This document shows, in pieces, positions 37,202 through 46,443 of a stretch of DNA of 64,000 nucleotides. The notes under the pieces are model-generated. The model saw only the letters and a program-made list of their open reading frames with translations, was not told the DNA's origin and made no database searches. A program made the position numbers and the translations under genes. The DNA comes from Candidatus Woesearchaeota archaeon (GTDB taxonomy: Archaea; Nanobdellota; Nanobdellia; Pacearchaeales; GW2011-AR1): assembly GCA_964468545.1 (NCBI GenBank), contig CAYXTT010000001.1, forward strand, positions 1,894 through 65,893, in the 5' to 3' direction. Position 1 is the first letter of the stretch. Each line of letters starts with the position of its first letter.

Positions 37202-39432
37202 AACAAACTACTCTTAGCCTCCGTCGCCTCCTCCGCCTTCAACCGACCAAGCTCCTCCTCGGAATAATTACAAACAATATACTTCGCCAAAATCGGATAC
37301 CTCTCCTTCAAAATCTCATAAATCCGATAAGCAATCTTCTTATACGAATCATGCGCCAACGGAATCGTCCTCAATTTAATCAAATGATAAAGCTCCCTCA
37401 AATTCATACTAATCAAAAACCTTTTCCTAAACCCCAACGGCAAAAGATACTGCGCCTGCCACGGATACTTCTCACGAACCTTATCGTAAACAACCTTCGC
37501 CCTTTCCATTGCAAGCCGATACTCAGTCTCAACTCCCGCAGCGACGATATCTTTCGGCACATCATAACCCAAATCCGCCGTAAAAATCGGACTCGTCTGG
37601 CTACAAATCCTATGCCTCTGCAAATCACGAAATGCCCCATAATCCATCACAATCTCAAAACTAAAATTCTCATGTTCCAACTCCCTCATCGGACAATCGA
37701 ATTCTCCCATCCTCCCAAGATAATTATCCAAAACTCTCTCCTTGTCCAAATCATCCATTAAAACAACATCACGAGCAACCTTCTCAAACGAACGATTATT
37801 AAACCTATACAAAATCGAAGAAACAATTTTATCCTCCGCATTCTCAGGAACCGCAACCAACTTCACTCTCTCCCCATCAAAATCATTATCAATAAAATCG
37901 TAGCTCTGCATATTTTTCTGCGTATCACAAAAATAATCCTTTCTATCAGCAAACTCCAACAGCGACGGCAAAACCTTCCGACCCTCAATTTTCAACATCT
38001 CACCAATCTCATTCATCTCTTTCAACGGATGGGATAAAAGCTTTGAAATACCATAAGACAATTGCCGAGCATTAACCGTCCACCCAAGACTCGTCTTCGT
38101 GCAAGTCGGAAGCAAATAACGAATCGCGTCGAACCGTCGCGAACCACACGCCCTTTCCCAAGCCACTCTCGAATCCCCATCCTTCAAAGGAACCAACCCC
38201 TTAACATACTCCAAAACCGGCTCATGCAATCTCTCATAAGTTTCAAAAAGATAATCTAACATCTCATTAATCTCGTCGACAAACTCAGAATTCCTCAAAA
38301 CCTCGTCAACATAAAACGAACTCCGACTAAACGAAACATACCTAGTCGACTTCTCACAAAAAGAACTCAACCGATTATCCTCGATAACTTTCGTCGCCAA
38401 AATACTAATCCCCTCAAGCCCAAGTCCAACCACCGCACCCTCGGCAATAGAACTGTGCCCATAACCAAGAACCCATTTCTCCATAAACCGAATCGCACTC
38501 TCGCTCGCGTGCTTCGTAACCTCGCCAACATTCGCCCGCTTTAACTCCTTAATCAACAAATTAAAATTACTCTCATCCTCCCTCAACAAACTCAAAAACC
38601 CTTCACGCAAACCTTCCTGCGACCGGCTATATCTCGCCTGCATCAACGCCCAAACCTCCGGATGAAAATTCTTCGCCGCAAAAATCGGACCATCAAGATT
38701 CGTAAAAAAATAATCTAAAACCAACCTCTCATCCGAACTATAACTCAAAACATCGCTCAATTTTTCCCAAATTTCCCCGTGAATTTCCTCCGGCGTTTTC
38801 AGCGACGCCATCGTCCCGTCCGGCGCACAATTAATCATAACCCAACCATACAACTTCGCCAAATGCAAATACGACTCCTCCGCATTCCTCATATGATCCT
38901 CATTCCCCTCATGCCCATCCAACTTCTCCGCCCCCGGATGAAACTCCGACTTCCTCTCGCGCGTCCTCATTAACTCCCGTCCAACCTCATACGGCATATA
39001 CAAAAACACAACAGCGTCAGGCTTCGGCAACTTGAAATTCCCATACTCCAACTCCCGCAACCACTCAAAAAACTTCTCTCTCTCAACCCTGTCTCGAATC
39101 TTCCCACCCTGATGTCCCATGTTCGATTCAACATACCTGTCCAAAATCGTCACATTCCCCTTATCTAACTCATCCTTAACAAACTCCTTCGACGCACTCC
39201 TATCTTCCGCATAAAAAATCGACGCAACCTTCGCCGGAATTTCATTCGCCGGTCCAAACTCCCCATCAAGATACCTCCTCACTATCTTCCCCGTCGGCGT
39301 CGAATAATTCGGAAAATCCAAAGTCACAACCCCACGATTCATCAACTTCAACTTCTCAATCAACAAATTAATCTGCGTCGACTTCCCCGAACAATCCGTC
39401 CCCTCAAAAACAACCAACTTCCCCTTTCTCAT
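37198..39432 (-). CDS. thyX: Thymidylate kinase fused to tandem-domain flavin-dependent thymidylate synthase
   Basis: VFEGTDCSGKSTQ and LDRYVESN (Tmk); YGHSSIAE, EKSTRY, RYLLP, DLQRHR, NLRELYHLIKLR (ThyX). Confidence 0.88.
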   Translation of the reverse strand: MRKGKLVVFEGTDCSGKSTQINLLIEKLKLMNRGVVTLDFPNYSTPTGKIVRRYLDGEFGPANEIPAKVASIFYAEDRSASKEFVKDELDKGNVTILDRYVESNMGHQGGKIRDRVEREKFFEWLRELEYGNFKLPKPDAVVFLYMPYEVGRELMRTRERKSEFHPGAEKLDGHEGNEDHMRNAEESYLHLAKLYGWVMINCAPDGTMASLKTPEEIHGEIWEKLSDVLSYSSDERLVLDYFFTNLDGPIFAAKNFHPEVWALMQARYSRSQEGLREGFLSLLREDESNFNLLIKELKRANVGEVTKHASESAIRFMEKWVLGYGHSSIAEGAVVGLGLEGISILATKVIEDNRLSSFCEKSTRYVSFSRSSFYVDEVLRNSEFVDEINEMLDYLFETYERLHEPVLEYVKGLVPLKDGDSRVAWERACGSRRFDAIRYLLPTCTKTSLGWTVNARQLSYGISKLLSHPLKEMNEIGEMLKIEGRKVLPSLLEFADRKDYFCDTQKNMQSYDFIDNDFDGERVKLVAVPENAEDKIVSSILYRFNNRSFEKVARDVVLMDDLDKERVLDNYLGRMGEFDCPMRELEHENFSFEIVMDYGAFRDLQRHRICSQTSPIFTADLGYDVPKDIVAAGVETEYRLAMERAKVVYDKVREKYPWQAQYLLPLGFRKRFLISMNLRELYHLIKLRTIPLAHDSYKKIAYRIYEILKERYPILAKYIVCNYSEEELGRLKAEEATEAKSSLL

Positions 39433-39588
39433 AAAAAACCAAACATCCAAACCTTAATAAAAAAATATATACTCCAATATATATATCATAAAAAACAACA
39501 ACTTAATATAATAAATTATACAACAAACACTCAAAAAATAATACTCCATCACACAAAAACATATAAACTAAAAACATTAGACATCCCA

Positions 39589-39879
39589 ATGGCAAAAAAA
39601 AGAATAATATTTAAAACATACGTAGGAAGAAGAGAACTCGAATGCTGTACACTAAGTGGAGACACTACTTCTGAAGAACTTAAGAAAGGATTGGGAGCAA
39701 AATTACAAAATGTAGTTTGGGGGGAAGCCACCCCAAAAAATTTTTTCAGCGATAGAGAAACTGAACTTAATAAAGCTCTATCTCAATATTTAGCCCATTC
39801 AGAATATGCCACATCCCGAGAAAAAGATTTTAGAGGAAACTATAAAGTTGTAATAAAAGTTAACAATATAAAAAAATAA
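39589..39879 (+). CDS. Hypothetical protein
   Basis: 96-aa ORF with an upstream TATA-like element; flanked by a 15-bp direct repeat. Confidence 0.5.
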   Translation: MAKKRIIFKTYVGRRELECCTLSGDTTSEELKKGLGAKLQNVVWGEATPKNFFSDRETELNKALSQYLAHSEYATSREKDFRGNYKVVIKVNNIKK

Positions 39880-39881
39880 CT

Positions 39882-40697
39882 CTACAAACACTCAAAAATA
39901 TTACACGCACTACAAACACTCCCACTCGCCGGCTCCCCACACTTCTCACACTTCCCCAACTCTCTTTCATCAACACTCAAATTCAAATTCAAAAATTCTT
40001 CAACAATTTTCAACTTCTCAGCGTCGCTAATCACCTTCATCCAATCCCGAGTCTCAACCCGATAAGTCCCAAACGCACACGGACACTTATTATACAAAAT
40101 ATCAAACTTCTTCATCTTAGCAAACTTCCTAATCTCCGACTCCGGCACAAAAAACAACGGCTTAACTCGTTGCACAAATCCACTGACACCTGACACCTGA
40201 CACCTGACACCTGTTTTTGGCGCACTCCTCGCGCCCAAAAACAAATTGCCTTTCAAGAAATTCATCAAAACATTCTGACATTCATCGTCGAGATTATGCC
40301 CCGTCACCAACTTATCAGCCCCGAGCTTCCGAGCCCACCGATTCAAAACCCACCGCTTCACCGTCCCACAAACCGAACACCCAGTCAACCCTTTCTTCTT
40401 TTTCAAAACCGCCTTAATAAAACAAATTCCCTGCCCCAACTCCGCCTTCAAATCAACAATCGTCAACCGAACCCCAATCTCCCCACAAAATTTCTCCATA
40501 TTCTTATTATGAACCCTAGACCACTCGCCAAGTCCCAAGTCAATCATCAACCCAGAAACATCGTAACCCAACTTCTTCAAAATATACAACACCGACGTCG
40601 AATCCTTCCCACCCGACAACGCCACAACAACTTTGTCCGACTTTTCCAACAACTCATACTTCCCAATCGTCTCCACAACTTTCTTTTCAACATCCAT
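39882..40697 (-). CDS. tRNA 2-thiolation PP-loop ATPase (TtuA/NcsA/TtcA family)
   Basis: SGGKDS, CSVCGTVKR, TGHNLDDE, CPCA, CEKCG...CSAC. Confidence 0.85.
   Translation of the reverse strand: MDVEKKVVETIGKYELLEKSDKVVVALSGGKDSTSVLYILKKLGYDVSGLMIDLGLGEWSRVHNKNMEKFCGEIGVRLTIVDLKAELGQGICFIKAVLKKKKGLTGCSVCGTVKRWVLNRWARKLGADKLVTGHNLDDECQNVLMNFLKGNLFLGARSAPKTGVRCQVSGVSGFVQRVKPLFFVPESEIRKFAKMKKFDILYNKCPCAFGTYRVETRDWMKVISDAEKLKIVEEFLNLNLSVDERELGKCEKCGEPASGSVCSACNIFECL
40183..40213. repeat. (CTGACAC)x4, in-frame in the tRNA thiolase
   Basis: Encodes TGVRCQVSGVSG; same unit as in nfo. Confidence 0.88.
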
Positions 40698-40747
40698 ATG
40701 GACTTAAAATCCAAAACATTTATAAAGAATTCCTATTTAAAAAATTC

Positions 40748-41716
40748 ATGGCAGAAAAAAAGGAGAACGAACTTTCTAAATCATTCAAAAAACTTTCAAA
40801 AAACTATTGGGCAATCTCAACGATAATACTAGCAGCACTCTTGGTAATAGTATTGTTAACAGGAAACGGAACAACAGTAAGCGCAAACGAAGCCGGACAA
40901 AAAATGTTAAACTTCGCACTCGAACAATATCCAAACACAACATTAGTATCTGTAAACAACAGCGGAGAATTCTACGAAGTAGTCCTTTTAATTAACGGAC
41001 AAGAAGTCCCGGTTCAAGTTACAAAAGACGGAGAAAATTTAATCCCGCAATTAATCCCACTAACAGCAAGAGCAACTCAAGATACTACAACAGAACAACC
41101 GGCTCAAACCGAAGTTCCAAAATCAGACAGACCCGTCGTCGAATTATATGTATTTACCTATTGCCCTTACGGGACACAATCCGAAAAAGGTATAATCCCA
41201 GTAGTAAACCTATTAGGGGATAAAATCGATTTCAGATTAAGACAAATCGGCGCAATGCACGGCGAACATGAAAAAATCGAGGCCGAAAGACAATTATGTA
41301 TAGAACAAGAACAGCCAGACAAATTACTAAACTACGTCCTTGATTTCGCACAAAACGAAGCAATCGGAAAATGCAGTAGCGATACAACATGCTCAGATCC
41401 ATTAGTAAACACACTATTCACAAAATTAGGAATCAATAAAGCAAAAATAGAATCCTGTATAAAAACCGACGGGGAAACTTTATACACCGCAGAAGAAGCA
41501 AATTCAAAAAATAAAGGTGTCGGTGGCTCTCCAACATTAATCATTAACGGAGTAAATACGCAATCCGGAAGAGATTCCGCAAGTTACCTCGCAACAATCT
41601 GTAACGCTTTCGCCGAAGCACCAGAAGAATGTAACGAAGAATTAAGTTCGGCAAGTCCAACTCCAGGATTCGGAGCCAGCACTTCAACCGCATCAAGTAC
41701 CGGCGCTCAATGTTAA
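40748..41716 (+). CDS. Membrane-anchored thioredoxin/DsbA-like oxidoreductase
   Basis: N-terminal TM, YCPYG, GVGGSPTLIING cis-Pro loop. Confidence 0.75.
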   Translation: MAEKKENELSKSFKKLSKNYWAISTIILAALLVIVLLTGNGTTVSANEAGQKMLNFALEQYPNTTLVSVNNSGEFYEVVLLINGQEVPVQVTKDGENLIPQLIPLTARATQDTTTEQPAQTEVPKSDRPVVELYVFTYCPYGTQSEKGIIPVVNLLGDKIDFRLRQIGAMHGEHEKIEAERQLCIEQEQPDKLLNYVLDFAQNEAIGKCSSDTTCSDPLVNTLFTKLGINKAKIESCIKTDGETLYTAEEANSKNKGVGGSPTLIINGVNTQSGRDSASYLATICNAFAEAPEECNEELSSASPTPGFGASTSTASSTGAQC

Positions 41717-41740
41717 TAAAATAATTCTCAAAAGCAAAAC

Positions 41741-42718
41741 CTAAATATTTTTATTAACTTGCCCCTCTATCCAAGCATAAGTTTTTTCCATCCCTTTTCT
41801 AAGTGGATAATTTGGCGACCACCCGAGTTTTTCTTTAATCAAAGAATTCTCAGAATTCCTCCCCCTAACACCCAACGGCCCATCAATATGTTTAAGCGAA
41901 ATTTCCTTCCCCGCAATATCTGCCGCCATCAAAGCTAAATCATTTATACTAACCATCTCCTCAGAACCAATATTAACAGGCCCAACAAAATCCGAATCCA
42001 TCAACCTTCTTACACCCTCCAAACATTCATCAATATACAAAAACGACCTCGTCTGCTTACCATCCCCCCAAACCTCAATTTCTCCTCCCTCACTCGGCAA
42101 ATAAGCAACCTTCCTACACATCGCAGCCGGCGCTTTTTCGCGTCCACCATCATAAGTCCCCTCGGACCCAAAAATATTATGAAACCTCGCAATCCTAACA
42201 GGAACACCTCTATTCCTCATCATCGCCAAATAAACCCTCTCACTAAAAAGTTTCTCAAACCCATAATCACTATCAGGATTAGCCGGATAAGCCATCTCTT
42301 CCCTGAGCCCAATATTAGCAGGATCTCCCTGAATCTCCTGCGGATAAACACAAGCCGACGACGAATAAAACAATTTTCCAAACTTATCACTTAAACTAGA
42401 AAAATTTAAATTAATCTGTCCAGAATTATGCATTATATCAAAATCATGTTCCCTTGTAAAAACAAATCCTGCGCCTCCCATATCCGCCGCCAACTGATAA
42501 ACTTCATCAACTCCTCCCTCTAACGCACGACGACAATTTGCCTTATAACGCAAATCAGCAACAATAAACTCATCTGCACGAGTATGAGAAAACTCAGACT
42601 TCTTCAAATCAACTCCCCGAACAAAATACTTTTCATCCTTAAGTCGATTAACAAGATGACTCCCAATAAAACCCCCAGCCCCACAAACAAGCGCACTTTT
42701 TACCATAAGATAAAACAC
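41741..42718 (-). CDS. NAD-dependent nucleotide-sugar epimerase (GDP-mannose 3,5-epimerase-like)
   Basis: GAGGFIGSHL, LAADMGGAGF, SSSACVYP, YGFEK, GGREKAPAAMCRK. Confidence 0.88.
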   Translation of the reverse strand: MFYLMVKSALVCGAGGFIGSHLVNRLKDEKYFVRGVDLKKSEFSHTRADEFIVADLRYKANCRRALEGGVDEVYQLAADMGGAGFVFTREHDFDIMHNSGQINLNFSSLSDKFGKLFYSSSACVYPQEIQGDPANIGLREEMAYPANPDSDYGFEKLFSERVYLAMMRNRGVPVRIARFHNIFGSEGTYDGGREKAPAAMCRKVAYLPSEGGEIEVWGDGKQTRSFLYIDECLEGVRRLMDSDFVGPVNIGSEEMVSINDLALMAADIAGKEISLKHIDGPLGVRGRNSENSLIKEKLGWSPNYPLRKGMEKTYAWIEGQVNKNI

Positions 42719-42745
42719 AAAATAGGATTTATAAAAATTTATATC

Positions 42746-43948
42746 TTACACAACGACCTTATCCAAATACCCAACCTCGTCCTCGCTCAACTTCAATTCT
42801 TTTCTAATCGTCTCATTCCCCAATATAATTCTCAACAACAAAAAATCCCGCATCGCCGTCTTCGTAGAAATATGAACCAACTTCGCATACTTCTGACAAA
42901 TCGATTTCTTTTTCGCCGACCTCTGATTCTGCAACCAAATTTTCAAAATCCTCGACGGCTTCTTATAACTCGTCCACCCAACCCTGTCATAATTCTTCAC
43001 CCCAGCAATCCCCGCCCCCAGCAAAAAATATTCATAAACCATAAATCTCCAATGCCTCTGACGACGAATCCGCCCGCGAAAAACATCCGCCAAACTCAAC
43101 GCCCGAATCGCCCGACACAATTCCTCACCCTTGTACGCAATCGGCAAATTCTCCTCAACCCACAAAAATACATCATCAATCGGCATCCCAACCTCGTCGT
43201 AAATCCTCAACATCTCGTCGTCAATTTTCGCACTCTGAAAAACATGTTGCAACGCGCCAAAAATCGACTGCTCCCTATTCCTTTCCCCAACCTCCCGCGC
43301 CAACTCCGGCGAATCCATCCTCGCCAAAATCTGCAAATCATTCAACGCTGCCCGAATATCCCCCCGCGCCCGAATCGCAATCGAAGTCAAAACCTCCGAC
43401 GACACAACACAATTCTCCTTCTCGCAAACATTCTTTAAAACCCCCAACACAACCTTATAATCAACTTCCTTCAACACCACCAACTCCGCCTTCTTTCTCA
43501 ACAAACTAAACTTCTTATCCCAAATATCATTCGCCGTCACAATCACCGGAAACGCCGACCTCTCCAACAAAACCAACAGCTCGCCAAGCCCGCCCCTATC
43601 CTTCACCGCCGCAATCCCATCAACCTCATCAACCAAAATAATTTTCCCCTTCCCAAACAAACTCTTCTGCCTCGACGCTGGTCCAATAATTTCATAAATC
43701 TTTTCCTTATTCCTCAAATCCGACGCATTCAACTCCAAAATTTCAGCATCCATCTCAAACGCAATCGCATAAGCCAAAGACGTTTTGCCAACCCCAGCCG
43801 GCCCATGCAAAACCACTGCCCTCTTCCTCGGAAAACTTTTCAAAAAAACCTTAATCCTATCAATCGCCAAGTCCTGCCCCCGCACATCAGCAAAACATTT
43901 AGCCCGATACTTCTCACACCACGGAATATTCTCCTTATTTATCATCAT
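42746..43948 (-). CDS. rfcL: Replication factor C large subunit
   Basis: PWCEKYR, GPAGVGKT, ELNASD, VDEVDG, GDIRAALNDL. Confidence 0.92.
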   Translation of the reverse strand: MMINKENIPWCEKYRAKCFADVRGQDLAIDRIKVFLKSFPRKRAVVLHGPAGVGKTSLAYAIAFEMDAEILELNASDLRNKEKIYEIIGPASRQKSLFGKGKIILVDEVDGIAAVKDRGGLGELLVLLERSAFPVIVTANDIWDKKFSLLRKKAELVVLKEVDYKVVLGVLKNVCEKENCVVSSEVLTSIAIRARGDIRAALNDLQILARMDSPELAREVGERNREQSIFGALQHVFQSAKIDDEMLRIYDEVGMPIDDVFLWVEENLPIAYKGEELCRAIRALSLADVFRGRIRRQRHWRFMVYEYFLLGAGIAGVKNYDRVGWTSYKKPSRILKIWLQNQRSAKKKSICQKYAKLVHISTKTAMRDFLLLRIILGNETIRKELKLSEDEVGYLDKVVV

Positions 43949-44514
43949 TCAAAATCCTCCAATCTCAACTTAACAAAACGAGAACAAACATCCAATAAAT
44001 GATTACTTAAAGAAAACGGGCTCCCTCTCTTCTTATCAAAATAGGTATACAAAATAATTTCAATTCCATCTTTCTCCTGAACCTCTCTAACAATAGGAGC
44101 AAAATCCGAATCTGAAGAAACCAAAATAATTTTTTTCACTTCGGGAAAATCCAACTTCAACCTAGCTAAATCAAAAACAACCCAAGAATCAACACCCTTC
44201 TGAGAATACTTATAATCTCCATCAACCTTCAACCTCTGACACCTACCCTCCTGCACAGTTATCCACTTCTTATAACCAAATAAAGAAACCAACTTATCAT
44301 ACTCCCTCCTCAAAAAATCCTCTTTCCTCGTCGGAACCTTACTCTGATAAGGAGGAGCTGTGCAAAAAAACAAATGCTTCAATTTAAAATTTTCATTCTC
44401 ACAAATATTCCTAAACGACTTCAACAACTTCACTCTCTTATTATTTTTTTCCCGAAATTCTCTTTTTACCAACTTATAGAAACCATCATCAATAATAACT
44501 ACGCAATCCTCCAT
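43945..44514 (-). CDS. NYN/LabA (PIN-like) domain protein
   Basis: IIDDGF, QKGVD, LVSSDSDFAP. Confidence 0.85.
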   Translation of the reverse strand: MEDCVVIIDDGFYKLVKREFREKNNKRVKLLKSFRNICENENFKLKHLFFCTAPPYQSKVPTRKEDFLRREYDKLVSLFGYKKWITVQEGRCQRLKVDGDYKYSQKGVDSWVVFDLARLKLDFPEVKKIILVSSDSDFAPIVREVQEKDGIEIILYTYFDKKRGSPFSLSNHLLDVCSRFVKLRLEDFE

Positions 44515-44622
44515 CTAAAAACCCCCCAACAAACATAAGAAAAAAAACATCTGGCAACCCGAAGATCACCAGGGAATATACTCCTAATATTACTACTAGT
44601 AACACAGCAAACATCTTCACCT

Positions 44623-44763
44623 TTATAAATTTTCCTGTCCATTAAACATCCTCCGCAAAAAAATCTTAACCTTGTCAACCGCCAAATCCTGTCCACGCAC
44701 ATCCGCAAAACAACCCGCCCGATATTTCTCACACCACGGCACATTATCCATATTCATCATCAT
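44623..44763 (-). pseudogene. Truncated duplicate of the rfcL 5' end (46-aa ORF)
   Basis: NVPWCEKYRAGCFADVRGQDLAVDKVKIFL vs RfcL NIPWCEKYRAKCFADVRGQDLAIDRIKVFL. Confidence 0.8.
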
Positions 44764-45101
44764 ATCTTCTCCAGCCCGTCAAAATGAACCAACCTATCAT
44801 TTAAATCATAAACTTCAACAACCTCAAAACCTCCCTTCGTCCAAACATCGCCATCCTTCAAAAAATGCATCGCCTCAATAATCTTAACACTCGCCAAAGT
44901 CTTCGATAAAACACCGCCACCCTTCGTCTCCCTCAACGGAATTTCTCCAAAAAACCAATAATGCTTTTGTCCTAACTTTAAAAAACCATATCTCTTCCCA
45001 ACTTCCAATTTCTCAGGCAAACACTCATTAATCCCTCGTCCCTCAGTTCCAAACTTCCTCAATGCTAAATCCGGACAATACTCAACAACAATTCCCATCA
45101 C
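44760..45101 (-). CDS. Hypothetical protein inserted in the RFC operon
   Basis: 113-aa ORF overlapping the rfcS stop; beta-rich. Confidence 0.6.
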   Translation of the reverse strand: MMGIVVEYCPDLALRKFGTEGRGINECLPEKLEVGKRYGFLKLGQKHYWFFGEIPLRETKGGGVLSKTLASVKIIEAMHFLKDGDVWTKGGFEVVEVYDLNDRLVHFDGLEKI

Positions 45102-46099
45102 TCACCCTCCTCCTTTGTTCCACAAACACAACCCTCCCCCGCCAAAATAAAACTCGCAATCAAACTCTCAAGTTGAATAAATTCGTCCGCACCCTCGACC
45201 AAACGAAACTCCGCCTCACCCGTCTTCTCAGTCAACCTCACCTTCAACGCATTATCAATCGGCAAATTCCAAACCTCCTTCTGAATCGCCTTAATCACAT
45301 CCTGCCCCGAAATCGATTCCTTCAACATAATATCCAACAACTTATCCCGCGAACTCACAAAATCCCCCGACAAAGCATAATCCAAAACAACCTTGATATC
45401 CGATGGCTTCGCCTTCGAAACAATCGTATTCACCAAATCCGGAGTAATGTTCGGCGAAATCGAAGCAGTCGCCTGTAACAAATTAATCACCCGACGACAA
45501 TCCCCCTCGCTCGCTTCATACAACGCATCAAACGCACCAGCCGAAATCGACAGCCCCTCGCTCTCCGCAATCAAATCAATCCTCTTCTTAATGTCCTTCT
45601 TCTCCAACAACTGAAACCTAAACACAACCGCCCTCGACTGAATCGGATCCAAAATCTTCGACGAATAATTACAACTCATTACAAACCGGCAAGTCGAAGT
45701 AAAATTCTCCATCGTCCTCCTCAAAGCTTGCTGCGCCTCTCTCGTCAACGCATCCGCCTCATCCAAAAAAATAACCTTAAACGGCACATTCCCCAATGCC
45801 TTCGTCCTCGCGAAATCCTTAACCTTCTGCCGCACAACATCAATCCCCCGCTCGTCCGACGCATTCAACTCCAAATAATTCTCACGCCAACTCTCACCAA
45901 AAAGTGTCTTCACAATTATCAAAGCCAAAGTCGACTTCCCCGTCCCCGCCGGCCCCGCAAAAAGCAAATGAGGAATATTCATAGAATTCACCAACGCCCG
46001 CACCCTCTTGATAATCTCCTCCTGCCCAACCATGTCATCAAAACGCCGCGGCCGATATTTCTCCGTCCACACCTCAGACCCATAATGCTCCATCAACAA
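45098..46099 (-). CDS. rfcS: Replication factor C small subunit
   Basis: WTEKYRP, GPAGTGKS, ELNASDERGIDVVR, DEADALT. Confidence 0.96.
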   Translation of the reverse strand: MLMEHYGSEVWTEKYRPRRFDDMVGQEEIIKRVRALVNSMNIPHLLFAGPAGTGKSTLALIIVKTLFGESWRENYLELNASDERGIDVVRQKVKDFARTKALGNVPFKVIFLDEADALTREAQQALRRTMENFTSTCRFVMSCNYSSKILDPIQSRAVVFRFQLLEKKDIKKRIDLIAESEGLSISAGAFDALYEASEGDCRRVINLLQATASISPNITPDLVNTIVSKAKPSDIKVVLDYALSGDFVSSRDKLLDIMLKESISGQDVIKAIQKEVWNLPIDNALKVRLTEKTGEAEFRLVEGADEFIQLESLIASFILAGEGCVCGTKEEGE

Positions 46100-46144
46100 A
46101 AACCTAAAACCAACTTTATAAGGATTATTGTAATCAAAACGAAA

Positions 46145-46255
46145 CTACTTATTCCTCTTCAACTTCCTCTTCCTCTTTTCCTTCTTTAACCTCTTCCTCT
46201 GCCACTTCCATCTCATCTGACCTTTCTTCTTCCAACGTCGCGAACTTCTCTTCAT
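46145..46255 (-). CDS. rpl41e: Ribosomal protein eL41-like (36 aa)
   Basis: MKRSSRRWKKKGQMRWKWQRKRLKKEKRKRKLKRNK*; TTTATAAA upstream; missed by the ORF track. Confidence 0.8.
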   Translation of the reverse strand: MKRSSRRWKKKGQMRWKWQRKRLKKEKRKRKLKRNK

Positions 46256-46316
46256 CTTAATAATTCCAAATCTCCGTTTATAAAGTTTTTTAAAGTTAAA
46301 CCCCATCACAAAACAA

Positions 46317-46389
46317 AGCCCTGTAGTCTAGTGGTCAAGGATACGAGACTCTGGCTCTCGTGACCGCGGTTCGAATCCGCGCGGGGCTA
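46317..46389 (+). tRNA. tRNA-Gln(CUG)
   Basis: AGCCCTG...CGAGA-CTCTGGC-TCTCG...GGTTCGAATCC...GGGGCTA. Confidence 0.93.
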
Positions 46390-46443
46390 TAAAATAACAA
46401 CGCGAAGCGCAAAACTTTATAACTCAAAAAATCATAAATAATC

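Noticed and set aside
27172..39432. Nucleotide-metabolism cluster as a provirus
   Set aside because: No integrase, capsid, terminase or replication genes; composition matches the flanks and NrdR control looks cellular.
15617..45478. Many long + strand ORFs antisense to core genes (e.g. 15617, 22076, 32900, 35097, 36608, 42584)
   Set aside because: Shadow ORFs from the A/C-rich, stop-poor strand; N/P/R/L/Q-rich with no motifs, and they overlap well-supported genes.
19976..46099. Inteins or introns in rpoA, rpoB, nrdD or rfc
   Set aside because: Lengths are normal or short and there are no splice-junction or LAGLIDADG motifs.
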